Of a DNA stretch of 64,000 nucleotides, positions 51,990 to 64,000 are shown in pieces. Below the pieces are notes generated by a model. It saw only the letters and a list, made by a program, of their open reading frames with translations, did not search any database and was not told the origin of the DNA. Each line of letters opens with the position of its first letter. Position 1 is the stretch's first letter. The stretch spans positions 842,986 to 906,985 of the forward strand of contig JAHDYR010000015.1 of NCBI GenBank assembly GCA_019828565.1. Reading direction: 5' to 3'. The position numbers and the translations under genes were made by a program. Source of the DNA: Carpediemonas membranifera BICM (taxonomy: Eukaryota; Protista; Fornicata).

Positions 51990-54190
51990 ATGGATGGACA
52001 AGGACCAACAGGCCTGGCCTATATGGATAGGGCAGTGCCCCATGGAGCTCAGAAGGAGCGGCCTTGGCCTCCTGTCTGAACATTCAAGGGTTGCTATCAG
52101 GGCATACCGCTGGGCGCGAGTGGGAGCTCCACGCCCATACCAAGGAATCAAAGTGTCTTCATGGAACGTATGTTTACAAGGAAAAGGAAAACAACCGTCG
52201 AGGGCCAGTGCTAGCACCGGCGGCTACATGGTTTTGTCAAGACCACAAGGAAGGAAGGGCAGCACAAAAGGGAAACAGGGGCCGTCGATAGAGGCTAAAA
52301 AGGAGACTACGAACAAAGCAACAACAACTACACAGAAAGGCCCCGCTACTCAGAAAAGGGCGACGCATTTTTAGGACCGCGCCTTTTTGAAAGAATGGCC
52401 TATATAGTACGGAGCATGGACAATGGGAGAAACTGGAAGGCCTGGACGGAGACCTCACCCGGATATGTACATGTGGCCCGACTTTCGGACCCAAAAATTC
52501 CGACCCAGTTTATGGACTAGGAAAAGGGGAGAAATTTTGCACTCAACAATGCAGGTAGAAATACCGACAAGGATCAGGGATTCCACGCAGAAGCAGTGGG
52601 AGGACATCAGGGAACTACTGGACAGCTTCCTCGCTGAAAGGAACGATTCAAGGACTCTACTTCTTCGTAGAACAGGCAAGTTTACAGGAAAGTCGCTCAA
52701 TGCGAACTCCAAAGGACGCAAGGCAGTAATCATGAACGCCAGACGCATCCTCTTCGCAACCGGCGTCACTGACAACAAGGACATCATCCTCAGGAACCCA
52801 TGCGGCATCCACGGCCTCCGCGACCTTTTCTACATGCTCACAGAGGCAGACACCGCTTCGGCATCGGCTTCGGGTTCGGGGAGGTTCTGTTGGGCATGAA
52901 GGGCATCTTACTGCCCCCCCTCACAATCATGGACAACGAAGGTGTACTGGAGAGAAGCCCGCTATGGACCATCATGGAAAGAGCCACGGCTAACCAGCTC
53001 CGCATGGTACGCGTCAGGAAGGGCCTAGGGGCAGCAAGGGAGGAGGACATCATAACCATGGCCATGCTATACGAGTGGTGGCCCTCGAAGGAGGCTACGG
53101 CTCATCAAGGAGTCTGGGGCTGCGACGACCTAGCAGAGAGCCTCAGGGACTATGAGAAGGTCATAGTCAACGTCAAGGCCCCCCAGGAACAGGGGTAGGA
53201 TCACCCTAGGGGCGAGCTTCATCCCGAGAGACTGGGGGCATGGTCAGGGTCAGCGAGGCTGGGACCATCCTAAGCCGCATGCGCAAGGAAGGGGCCAGAC
53301 TAGTCTCGGCAGCTATCCCGGACGAGCCCAGAGCCAACACAGTCAATGTCCCAGGCATCACGTATGTCCCCACCATCGACGGAAAGTCCGAACAGCCATA
53401 CCAAAGTAGGTTCTTCGACAACGGCCTGGAGGAAAAGGCGAGGCGGATTAGCACCAGGATGGTGGGCAGGCACTTCGGCCAGGACGCGGATCAAGGACAT
53501 CACGACCAGCATGGAGACAGGGAAGAGGACAGAAGGGTAGGACACGGAGCCGGCGGTAGAGCTGGTGTCAGAGCTGACGACAGAACCGGCGACAGAGCTG
53601 GTAACATGAACAGGACCTCGGATCGTAACCACGGAGGAGACGACAGGGAGAGACAGGACAACACGGGAACGCAGATGAGAGGCTCGTTCAGCGGGAACAC
53701 CTGGGCCGGTAGAGGCTCAGAGGGAGGCATGGACAACAGCAAGGATCACTCTTCCTCCACGACGCTCAAGCGCAAGGAGGGCAGCACGAGTAGGATCATG
53801 GACTCGGACAGCGGAAAGAGAAGCAGGCACGAAGAGGACATGGACTGGGAGTCTGGAAGCAGACAGGCAACCGGCATGGACTCGGAGAAGCTGCGGCTCC
53901 GAAAGCAGTTGGCAGAGGCGCAACAAGAGATCTCAGCGCTCAAGTCTGCCCGACTCATGCAAGAGCAAGGCCACGGAAGGTTGGTGCTCTCCGGCGTCGC
54001 GACTAAGCCCAGCAAGGAGAAGCCCACGATCCCCCGGCACAAGCACAAGAAGGCTAAGAAGGCCAAGCAGATCTCACCCATGGACCTGATGACCCAGTTC
54101 ATCACGGTAATGCAGAGTCTACAAGGACAGCAAGTGAGTCAGGCCGAGGACAGCTGCAGCGGCAGTGGGGAGTCCACGGAGGAGGAGTAA
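51990..54190 (+). pseudogene. LINE A ORF1 region (several frameshifted pieces)
   Basis: Consecutive purine-rich ORFs up to 52374, 52423-52899, about 52896-53198 and 53240-54190; no recognised domain. Confidence 0.5.
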
Positions 54191-54522
54191 GGACATGGTA
54201 AAGCAGTATTCTTTCAAGGAACAAGCAACATTTTCTTTATAATTCACAAGCCCTGGCTCCCACCCAGGGCCCGGCATTAGCTGAAATGCACTGCCGGTAG
54301 GCTGTAGCGGCAGCCAAAGGGGGGGTCACGTCATATCGTCCCCCTCCTAAGTACCCTGCCCGAAGAATGGAAGGTCACCAGGTGGTAACAAGGTTGGCCT
54401 GACAAGGGTCACCGAGACCGGCATCTAGGCCCCTTGTTAGGACAAGGATAGCAGGAGAGGAGCGGGAAGCTGGGGCTCCCAAATTCTGGGAATTCGCAGG
54501 ATAAGGAAACAGGACAAAGGCA

Positions 54523-57500
54523 ATGGTAACCTACAAGATACTTAGTCTGAACACAGAGGGACACATAGGAAGAGGAAAGGACTTCACGGCGTCTATGGCA
54601 ACGGCGATTCAGCTAAGGTTGAAGGACATAGAGGCAGTACTCATACAAGAGACATGGAGAACGGCGAATACGAGGGTTCATTGCTTCATGGACCTTGACT
54701 ACGCACTAGCAGGGAGGGAGACGGAAGAGGACCTGGTCTTAGCCAACGAAAAACGAAAGGCGGATGTCAAAAGTCAGCACCGCATCAACCGACAACTAGG
54801 CATAGCAGGCAATGACGAACCTGCGCCAAGATGGAAGGGAACAAGGGAAGGCATCGGCACGATAGTGAGCCCACACGCAACTGCAAAGTGGGACATCGGC
54901 ATAACGGACAGCCTATCGGGAAGAGTGCAAGCCAGCATAATGAGAACCGGCAGGGACATACTAGTCATCAACGTGTATGGCCCTCCATCCGGCCACAGCA
55001 AGCAGGAGAAGGATGGATTCAGGGACACTATACAGAAGATCATGGACATGAAAGGGAGCATGGAGGCCATAATTATGGGAGACTGGAACATCGACCCAGG
55101 CCAGATGGAAAGATCCACCCGGTGGAAGGATATGATGGAGAAGCACAGGCTCAAAGCCATCATACCCAAGTCTGGGACGCTCACATCAGGAACATCAACC
55201 CCGGACTTTGCAGTGACAACACCAGGAATCCAGGGGGCGGAGATTGAGGTGGTAGAGTCTCAGAAGGTCGGGGTATGGGGCTCAGCACACAATGGAATCA
55301 CACTAGCATGGAAGGAACAACGGTACTATGGCAGAAGTGAGCGAGACGTGGCTCTGGCCATACCCGAGGTGCACACCTGGCCCATGAAAAGAAGGAGGGG
55401 CCAGTCACAGTCTCAAAGCTGAACAGGATCAAGAGCTCGGACCAATGGGAAGAGACTATAAGAGCATGCATGGGCGACCCAGTGAACAACAGGGGAGCAA
55501 AGGCAAGGGACAAAGTGTTCGGGAACGGAGTGTGGAGCGAACTCCAGCGAACCCCATGGACAGAAATAGGCAACAGGACCAGGAAGGAAAGGATGAAAGA
55601 GGAGCTGGAGAAATACTGGGGAGAGCGCAGGGCCAAATGGGTGGCCGACATCAGCAGAAGTGCAAAAGGGGGTATAGGGCCTCAAGGGCCTCAGTGGAAG
55701 CTGCCATCAGAAGGTGGTGGTGTGACAACCAATACAAGGGAATGCCGGAGAGCCTCCTCAAGGACGGAGTGATAACCACGGACAAGGCGGCCATCAGCGA
55801 GATCCTCTTGCAACAGTATGCTAGAGTCAGCAGAGGCAGGGAACCCACCTGGAAGACATGGAGGGGCAGGGACGGAAATGAGTTCAAGGAAAGCGAGGTC
55901 AAAGCCGCAATCAAAAAGGATCAGGAGGGACACCGCACCAGGGCCTGACCTCACATCTGGAGACATGCTGAGAGAGCTGGATGAGAAAGGCCTTAGGGAA
56001 GTGACGAGGCTCATCAACAGGGTCTACAGGGAGGGCGACGTACCCAAAGCATGGAAGTATGCCACAGTGTCGGCCATACACAAGACAGGGAAGCCAAGGG
56101 TCAAGCCGGAATCATATAGACCAATATCCTTGACACCACTGCTGTACAGGGTCTATGGTAGATTGCTCAAGATACGTCTGGAAGCAGCAACGAAAAGGTT
56201 CATACCAAGAGAACAGGCTGGTTTCCAGTCAGACAGGGACGTCATCCAGCAGATACAGTACATTGTGCAGCGGCACCAGGAGGGGGGTGAGACCACGTCA
56301 ATCTTTCTGGACATCGAGAAGGCATATGACACGGTACCAAGGGACATTCTCATGGATAAGCTACAGGGTATGGGGGTGGAGGAGCACTTGATCAGGGCAA
56401 TTCAAGGCACAATAAAGGAAACCTGGATATCAGTCAAGGGGGCAAAGGCATGGGAAAGAACCAACAGGGGAGTTAAGCAAGGGTGCGTCCTGGCACCGAC
56501 ACTGTTTGTGCTGTTCATGGCTAACTGGCCCCACCTGGCCAGAAAGAAAATCAAGGGAGAACGGTACGACATCAGAGAACCGCCAAGGACCACGAGCCAC
56601 CTCAGCGACCGACTACCGGCAGCACTTACCATGTTTGTGGATGACACTGCGGTCACAGGGAGCAAACCGGAGCATAGCCAGATGGTCGCCAACATAATGG
56701 TGGACATAATCAGAGAGCATGAAATGAGGGTGAACGCCCAGAAGAATGTAATGATTAGCGTGGACAGAACAGCCCTAGTCAGGATCGAGGGGGTAACACT
56801 ACTGCCAGAGAAGGAGGCGAGATACCTGGGATTATGGATCGCAAGTGGGAAGGACCCTATGTCGGCCTGCATAAGGCGGAAACAGGAGCAGAGCGAAAGG
56901 TACAAGAGACTGGTGAGATGGGCAGGGTGGACCAGGGCAAACATGCCAGCACTAGCGAGCAGGCTACTACTGGAAATATATATATGGCCCAGGATCCTCT
57001 TCGGAGTCGAGGTGTGGGGGAACGCACCGGGAGGTAGAAGGATCTGGAATGACTGGCAGGGAATCATGGCAGGAACAGGACCGGGAGGGGGCGCAGCCAT
57101 GAGGCTGATGAATGGATGGGTGGACCTCCAGGCACACATGGAATGGCTGGCAGTCAAAAGGATAGTCAACTACAGGGACCAGGATATACCAGTCAGAAAC
57201 AGAGAATGGGGGCGGGGCACGGTTATGTGGGAAGCTAGGGAGAGAGTGCAGCATCTACTGGAGGGCACCAGAGAGGGAGCCCCTAAACCAGCGCTACTGG
57301 ATTATGGCATGGAAACGATCAGGAGGGGGTGGATGAAGCGGTGCAAAAGCCGTACGGCACTAGGACTAATGGAAATCATGGGGACAAGGAAATTAAGCAA
57401 GTGTCTGCAAGGTAAGCCTACGGTAGACCGAAAGGCTGGGAAGGGGCAAAGCAGGGCGGAATGGAAGAGAATTGTATCCATTGCAGCCAATGTCAGCCCA

Positions 57501-57965
57501 TCCCCATCGTCGGCAGAGAGAGGGGAGGGCCCTATGAGAGCCATCACAGAGCTGGCCCAAGGCGCTGACCTGAAGAGAGAAATTAGCAGACTATGCCCCC
57601 TATGCTCGGAGGAGTCGGAGGTGAGCCTGTTCTACAGGATCATTAGGGAAAAGCCAGGACCAGCAAGGAAGCAGGAAATGATCAGAGAGTGGGCAGAGGG
57701 CCAGAGGCTAGGATCGGCAGCGCACATAATCTGTGAATGCCCGGCAGTAGACAGGGGAGAAGCTTGGACAAAGCTGTGGACAGCAGCGAAGCACAAAACT
57801 AAGGACTTGGAAGTAAGGCAGGGCCCCCAGGGCGAATGGTACCAGGAAAGACCCATCCTAGAATTACAGCAACTAATAATATGGGGCTCGGAGGACATTT
57901 GGGAAGGCCTCACGGCAGGACTACGGGAACTGGCAAAGGTTTACAACAGCTTCAAGGTGGAATAG
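54523..57965 (+). pseudogene. LINE A ORF2: APE endonuclease, reverse transcriptase and C-terminal CCHC; frameshifted between 55400 and 55920
   Basis: SLNTEG, IQET, INVYGP, MGDWN; APGPD, YRPISL, QAGF, LDIEKAYD, GVKQG, FVDD, YLG; CPLC..HIICEC. Confidence 0.9.
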
Positions 57966-59583
57966 AAGCATGTCATGAACCCCTGACTCCAGGACCGGGA
58001 AGGGATGGACAAGGAATCAGCCATGGACCACCCTCGCTGGTGCTAAGCTCCTGGGATCAGTGAGGAAAGGCCCCACGTATCCCGGTAGCCAGGAACCAAA
58101 GCAAGGGAAGGAACGACTGCAAGGAAAAGAACAGGGAAGGACAGATCAGAAATAAGAAAGAAAAGGACATGCAACAAGGACAGAGCAAGGATAAGGTCAA
58201 GGAAATCCATATTCATATGGTTGCACCACTCGTTGGGACCCCAAGGAAACTGCAGGGACTGGCCACGGGGGTCGGAGGGGCACAGGTGCCCCTGCCGCCC
58301 TTGTTAACGACATGGGAAACCAAGGACATGTAGTGCAAGCGAAATGTTGTAAGGGGTAACAGGACAACCAGGCCTAGTGCCTGGGGCTGCCGCTGACCCA
58401 CGCCACCTAACCGGGGTAGACAGCATGGACTTAGTCACTTTCCCCGCCTTCGGGTAGGCTTCTTAACAGAGTCGAGGGGGCATGGAATTGGGGAACCGGA
58501 CAGACGAGAGGGTGCCGTGGCTGAACGGCTCTACAAGGACTGCAGGGAAGCAAGGAGTGTCATAGTCAAGGTTCTGCAGGACGATCCTGCCTGTCAATGC
58601 CCCGAGGACAGACCCCCAGGCTCCCCGGATAGTTGCCGGACTTTCAGGGAGACAGGAAAGCATATTTGCACGGAGATGGCCGCAGGGCCTCTGGGGCGAT
58701 TGGAATCGGCTTTCCGCGGAGACAGTAGCACCGAAAGCCCAAGGCAAACGCTGCTGACCAGTTTGCCACGGGAAATAGGCAGTACCCCGGGGCACTCAGC
58801 TCCAAGACAACGGGAAACAAGCTCAGTCCGGGGTCAGAATCCAAGCACCATAAATTTCTTTCTTCTTTTTCCTGGCTCAGCCTGATCCCAGCCTGCCATG
58901 GGACGTTTACACTGACGCAAGCGACCGGGGGCTTGGGGCCGTAATCACCCAGGGAGAGGGCGCGAATCGCCGCCTGGTCGCCTTCGTTTCGAAATTATTT
59001 AACGCGACGCAGAGGCGCTGGGCCACCTACGACAAGGAGCTGTACGCAATCCTTCATACCCTCACCCGGCCTGACTTGAGTCCTCTACTCAAGATGGTTA
59101 ACTCGCTCACTATCCACACAGACCACCGGAATATTGTGTACCTCATGCGCCGCTCCCTCGTATCCCCCAAGGTGATGCGCTGGCGGATTGCTTTGCAAGA
59201 ATTCAATTTCAACATTGCCCACATATCAGGCGAGCATAATGTGGTCGCCGACGCTCTTCTCACGGCTAGAATCGTCGACTAAGACTGTGAACAGTGCCGA
59301 GATCGTACCATCGGAGGAGGAGAAGCTGCGCATACTTCAAGATCTGCATGAGGGCGCCAATGGCCACCCCAAGGCAGTACGCCTTACGACTCTTGCGATG
59401 GAGGCGGGTCATGTTTGGCCCGACGTCTCGGCACTCGCCAAGCGGGTAGTCAAGCAGTGCTTGACATGCCAGAAGTTGCGCGCACACAAGCGAACGCCCC
59501 CGGCGAAGAACAGCACACACCGGTACACGCCCTTTGAATGCGTCCAAGTCGACACTCTCTCCCTGGGGGCTAGCGGTGAGTAC

Positions 59584-62500
59584 AAAGAAAGAAAGAAATT
59601 TAACGTATCCTGTACACCTGTGTAAATCAGGGAATTACCAGTTTGCACCACCCCATGTCCCCGGGAACGCCTTAGCGTGTTGACTTCCCTTCGTGAGCGA
59701 GCCTGATACTACGTTGGGGGCGTTAGCACCATCACCGTCAGGGTCCAGCTGGTAAGGCTGGGTAGTCCCTTGCATGTTGACCTATCAACTGGCTGGCCCG
59801 ATACCCCCAAAGTCGGGATAACCCAGGTCTTACTCTTGGGGGTCCTTCGGGCCCCCGTTCTGCCTGGCACCCGCAAGGCCTTGCCCTGCACACCCGCCAC
59901 CGGGGCCTTCTGCTCGGTTTTCTCCCTACAGGGCTCCTCTCAGGGGATATGTTCTCCATACCATTCGACCCAGTTTGCAATTTTTCAGGCACCCGCCGAA
60001 GCGGTTTCGGGCTTGGCGTTTGCCGTACCACGCAATTGGGCCAGTTATGAAACCCACCGATCATCGCTGGGTAGCTATATGATTCACGGCTGCGTTCGGG
60101 CTCTTCCACACTTTCCGTTCCGGCATGGATCCCCTCCTCAAGGATTTGTTCCCTATAGGGCTTCTTCCTAGCTTCCGGCTAGTTCCAAGTTTTGGGTGCC
60201 GGGCCGTTCGGCGCAGCTCTGATTTGGTCCAGGTGCCGCCCAGGTGGTATTGTTGCCTTATGGTTACCCTCCTGTTTGGCTGCTGCGCCCCGATACCTCG
60301 CACGTACGTGTATACATGTGCATACGTGCCCCGCCCTATGGCTCTGGGTTATTTCTTATACGTGTGAAGAGTGTGCCGGTTCTGCCGGCTGAATGTTGTC
60401 TACGTTCCCAGTATGGGTGAGCGTTTGTGTGTTAGCGAGATTAGTGTTCGGGGTTGAGTCCCCCTTCCGCGGCTGGGTGCTACCGGGATACGTGGGGCTT
60501 GCGTCCCCCGCTGATCCCAGGAGCGCTCCGCTTCGGTTGAGGCGGGGGGTTGGGTCCCAGTTTGACCCTGGTCCCAGAGGTCATAGGATTCTGGGATGGT
60601 GTACTTACCCATCTTTTCGGAGGTTCAGAAGGGCACGTCTGCCGTTCTGCAGTCCATCTCTGACGGTATGGTCCTCGCTGCGGAGGAGCAAGAGCATTTC
60701 CAGGATTGCCCTTGAGTTGTACCACTCCGCCTCCTGCCCTTGCCTTAGGGCGTGGTACTGTGTGCGTAGATGCGCCTCCGCCAGGATGTCATTCCATCCT
60801 TCTGGGCGTTCTACCGCCTTGCATTGGCAGATGATGTGGCTTTGTGTTCCCAGGGGCTGGTTGTATGCCCATTCTGAGAGGATTTTGGTGGTTTCCGCCG
60901 CGGTTCTGGTGACAGTGTACAGGCGAGTAATGGTGTCACCTTCTGAGTCCAGGGTACATAGGGGGCAACACCGCTTGATCCTGCTCAGGAGGGCCTGGGG
61001 CTGGCCGATCGCGCTCCCAAGTATGGCTCTGCTTCTGCCACTGTTGCTGGGGGAGGGGAGTGTGTTGGATGCAGTCATGATTACTCTCTTGACTTCCCGT
61101 CTGGTTATCATCTCACCCTTGATCATTCCTGGTTTCTTGGGTCTCTTCCCTTGCTGCATGCTGAGGATGACTTCCGGGGCTAGTACTGTTGCCACCCCTT
61201 TGGCCGTTCGGCTCCCGGTGTGCAGTAGTTCTTCTGCTGTGAGGGTCCAGCCTCCCCTCTTTGCTCTTTCCCTGGCGGGCATCTCCTCCTGTGTGCCCTG
61301 GAGGACGCTCCGTCGCCATTGGTAGAGGCGATGTAAGACCGATCCTCTCTCCGCTGTCGCCCAGTCCAGATTCCCTAGGGGGGTCGGACGGTCCGGGTCG
61401 TGCGCAGACTCATAGAGCCTCACCGCTCTCTGCCCCATATCTGCCTCCCAGCACATCCATCCCATTAGTACACGGGCGGCTCCTCCTCCCCCTGGTCCTG
61501 TGCCTGCCATTAGGCCGCGCCAGTTGTTCCAGATGGCTCTTCCCCTGGCGCTTGGCCCCAGATCTCGATCCCGAACTCGATCTTGGGCCAGAGGAAGGTT
61601 CTGAGGATGGATTCCGAGGTGGCGGCCGGGGTGGATCCTTTGGTCCACCCTGCTCTCCTGCCAGGGCTAGGTATTTCCGGGATTGTGACATCTTCATTTT
61701 GATGCATGCTGCCAACGGATTCTTCCCGCTGGCTAGCCAGAGTCCCAGATACCTTGCTGAGTCTGACGCCAGTGTGGGAGTTCCTTGGATGCTGACCGCT
61801 GCAGTTACGTCGGTACTTATCACCACATTTTTGCCTGGGCTGGTCTGGAGTCCATGGGCTTCAATTACCCTGACCACTGCGTCTGTGCCTTCTTCGGCGA
61901 GCTGCGGGGTCTCGGCTGAGATGCTTGTATCATCTACAAACATTGCAATGAGGCAGTTTTTGGGCCTATCGTCCGTTGGAGGGAGGCAGGGGTCCGGGAT
62001 CTCTCTATGCCGGAGGTACAGTGCCGCCTGGCTTAGCCAGTTAGCTGTGAAGAGAATGAACAGAGTGGGGGCCACCACACATCCTTGCTTGACCCCCATG
62101 TTTGTTCTGGACCATGTGCTTGCCCCTCGTACCGAGATGTACGTTTCTGTAAGTGTATTTCGGATGGCCCTCGTCAGTCTTGGGTGTACCCCCATGAGCG
62201 TCAACTTGTTCACCAGCAGGTCCCTTGGGACCGTATCATATGCTTTTGCTATGTCAAGTAGGACGCTGGTACGGTTTCCGGACTGGTGGAGTTGGGCTAG
62301 GAGGGCTATGTGATCCACTACAGTTTTCCCTTTCATGAACCCAACTTGCTCTGGGGATGAACTTCTCCACCGTCGGCCTGAGGCGCCATTTCAGTATCCT
62401 CCCGTAGGCTCTGTATAGGAGGGGGGTGAGGGAGATCGGTCTGTACGAGCTGGGCGTGAGCTTGTCCTTCCCAACCTTGTGGATAGGCGACACCGCTGCA

Positions 62501-64000
62501 TACTTCCATGTGGTTGGCATGGTCCCGCTGTCGTATACTTTCGCGAGCAGGATTGTGATTGCCTCGTACGCTGACTCGGGGAGGTCCCTCAGACAATCTC
62601 CAATAATCCCGTCCGGGCCTCCGGCCGAGGACTTCCTTATGGACTTGACCGCCGCTGTCACTTCTTCAAGCGATGGCGGATGGTCCTCCATGTCCGTTTC
62701 CGGCTCGGTTTCCCAGGTGGGTTCCCAGGTGGGTTCCTTCCCGGAGCTTACCTTCGCGTACTGCTCCTGGAGGGAGTCTGCAATCTCCCTCTGCCTTGCT
62801 AGAATCTTGTTTCCAGCTTTCCTTCAGCATCACCGGGAGACCGGCGTGCTGCTTCTCGTTCCAGAAGCGGAACACTTGGTTTGCGAGGATCCTTTTTGTC
62901 GTTTTGTACCCATCACGGGATCCAACCTCAACCTGCTCATTCCAGTCCTGTTGGAAGGTCCTCCATGATCTGCTCAGTGCTCCGTTGAGGGACTTTTTGA
63001 TATCTTTGGCGGCGGTTTTGCTCCAGGTGGAGGTTTTGGCCAGCCGTTCCCATACCTCACTAGGGATACGTTCCTGGTTTTCTACAGCGAATGGGTGCCT
63101 TCTGGAGGTAGCAAACCCGGTGGACAACCATTTCCTTATGAGAGTCTCCATCTCGTCCACTGGTATTTTGCTGTCTAGTGGTGGCCACTCTTCTAGCTTG
63201 GGCCCTGTTCTCCTGGGTTTGACCAGCCACGTATCGATCCGTGGGATTTCCAGTCTCTTTGATATCTCTGGTTTCCCTGTCGGGTTGCTATCCCAGGTGA
63301 GCTCTATGGCTTTGTGTGCCGACCCCCCAGTGCCCGATTGTGGTCTTGTCTATTACCCTAACAACCGGGTTTTGGATACCCCCTGTTACCGCTGCATAGT
63401 CTATTGTGGACGTTCGGGAGTTAGTCCCGTACGTCGGTGCAGTTGGTGCTATTGGGGTGAGGTTCCATCGCTGGAGGGTCATCGCAGTTGCTTGCCTGAG
63501 TTTCCCTGGCCTCCTGTTCCAGTCCCCGATGATGATGATGTCACACCCCTCATAGTTCGCGACGGTTTGCTCTAGCATCCGGTCGAACTCCTCAATCTCG
63601 GGTCGCGCACATCCACTATCGGGAGCGTAGATATTGATGACTGCCGTGGCCCTCGATGCTTTGAGGATGCTTACTTGGATTCGTGGGTTCGTCCCGTCGG
63701 ACACGCCTACGTCCCATTCCGCTTTGGAGTGCGGGCTAATCAGTGTGGCCAGTCCCTTTGTGGGTCGCTTGCGCGTTGCCTCTAATGGCTTGACCTCTCC
63801 TGCACAGGCGTACTGGAGATCTACCCAGCAAGGGATGGTGGTATTACCGTACCGCTTGGTTTCCTGGAGGAGGATCGCATCAGTCCTTATCCTCTTGCGG
63901 ATGGATAAAGCTATGGATCCGCTGTAATCGTTTGCGCCCGCTAGGTGCCCTTCGCTGTTTAGCGATATTATTCTCATTCAGGTTGTTCTGACATAAACTG
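59584..64000 (-). mobile_element. LINE B: diverged relative of LINE A inserted in the gypsy integrase; 5' end beyond window
   Basis: Minus-strand tail TAAATTTCTTTCTTTCTTT at 59584-59602; ORF2 colinear with LINE A. Confidence 0.92.
60605..63977 (-). pseudogene. LINE B ORF2 (APE-RT-CCHC) with multiple frameshifts
   Basis: SLNSEG, LQET, INIYAP, IGDWN, YRPISLTPLLYR, LDIAKAYD, GVKQG, MFVDD, CPLC..HIICQC. Confidence 0.9.

Larger units (their letters stand above)
51949..58869 (+). mobile_element. LINE A: 6.9-kb APE-type non-LTR retrotransposon, probably near full length
   Basis: 12-13 bp TSD, ORF1 region, ORF2 APE-RT-zinc knuckle, 0.9-kb 3' UTR ending TAAATTTCTTTCTTCTTTT. Confidence 0.93.
49599..59583 (+). 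mobile_element. Ty3/gypsy LTR retrotransposon gag-pol, frameshifted and interrupted by two LINEs
   Basis: CCHC knuckle CGKCGGWHWDNQC; protease IIDTGA; RT LCVDY, LDLTSGYHQ, YIDD; RNase H YTDASD, KELYAI, TDH (58883-59280); integrase HHCC and VQVDT. Domain order PR-RT-RH-IN. LTR limits not defined. Confidence 0.93.

Noticed and set aside
49900-63400. Frameshifts in gypsy and LINE ORFs as programmed frameshifting
   Set aside because: Numerous and often at short homopolymers; more likely long-read consensus errors or decay.

Overview
Gene-dense eukaryotic (protist) genomic window with very short intergenic spacers and tiny (25-60 nt) spliceosomal introns. The style resembles a free-living fornicate such as Carpediemonas, which is inference only. 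Housekeeping genes include IFT27-like, RPL21, riboflavin kinase, glucosidase II beta, a TTLL, a Yip1 protein, a DEAH helicase, an exosome subunit, a PCI protein, an Sds3-like protein, two kinases, CWC2, FIG4 and RPL22. There is also an LRR receptor-like protein, a secreted 7-repeat protein and three members of a diversifying RCC1-like family. The last 15 kb is a Ty3/gypsy element carrying two nested APE-RT LINEs with (TTTC)n tails. Main find: two related stand-alone Fanzor1-type (TnpB-derived RuvC) elements at 9799-11339 (+) and 31568-33963 (-). Neither has a transposase or clear TIRs. Each is bracketed by its own perfect, unusually long direct repeat (25 bp and 30 bp). They share a 5' motif and a covarying two-hairpin RNA structure (UNCG tetraloop) overlapping the ORF 3' end, a candidate omegaRNA. 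Second find: small introns that seem to need non-AG acceptors (GT-AT, GT-TG).
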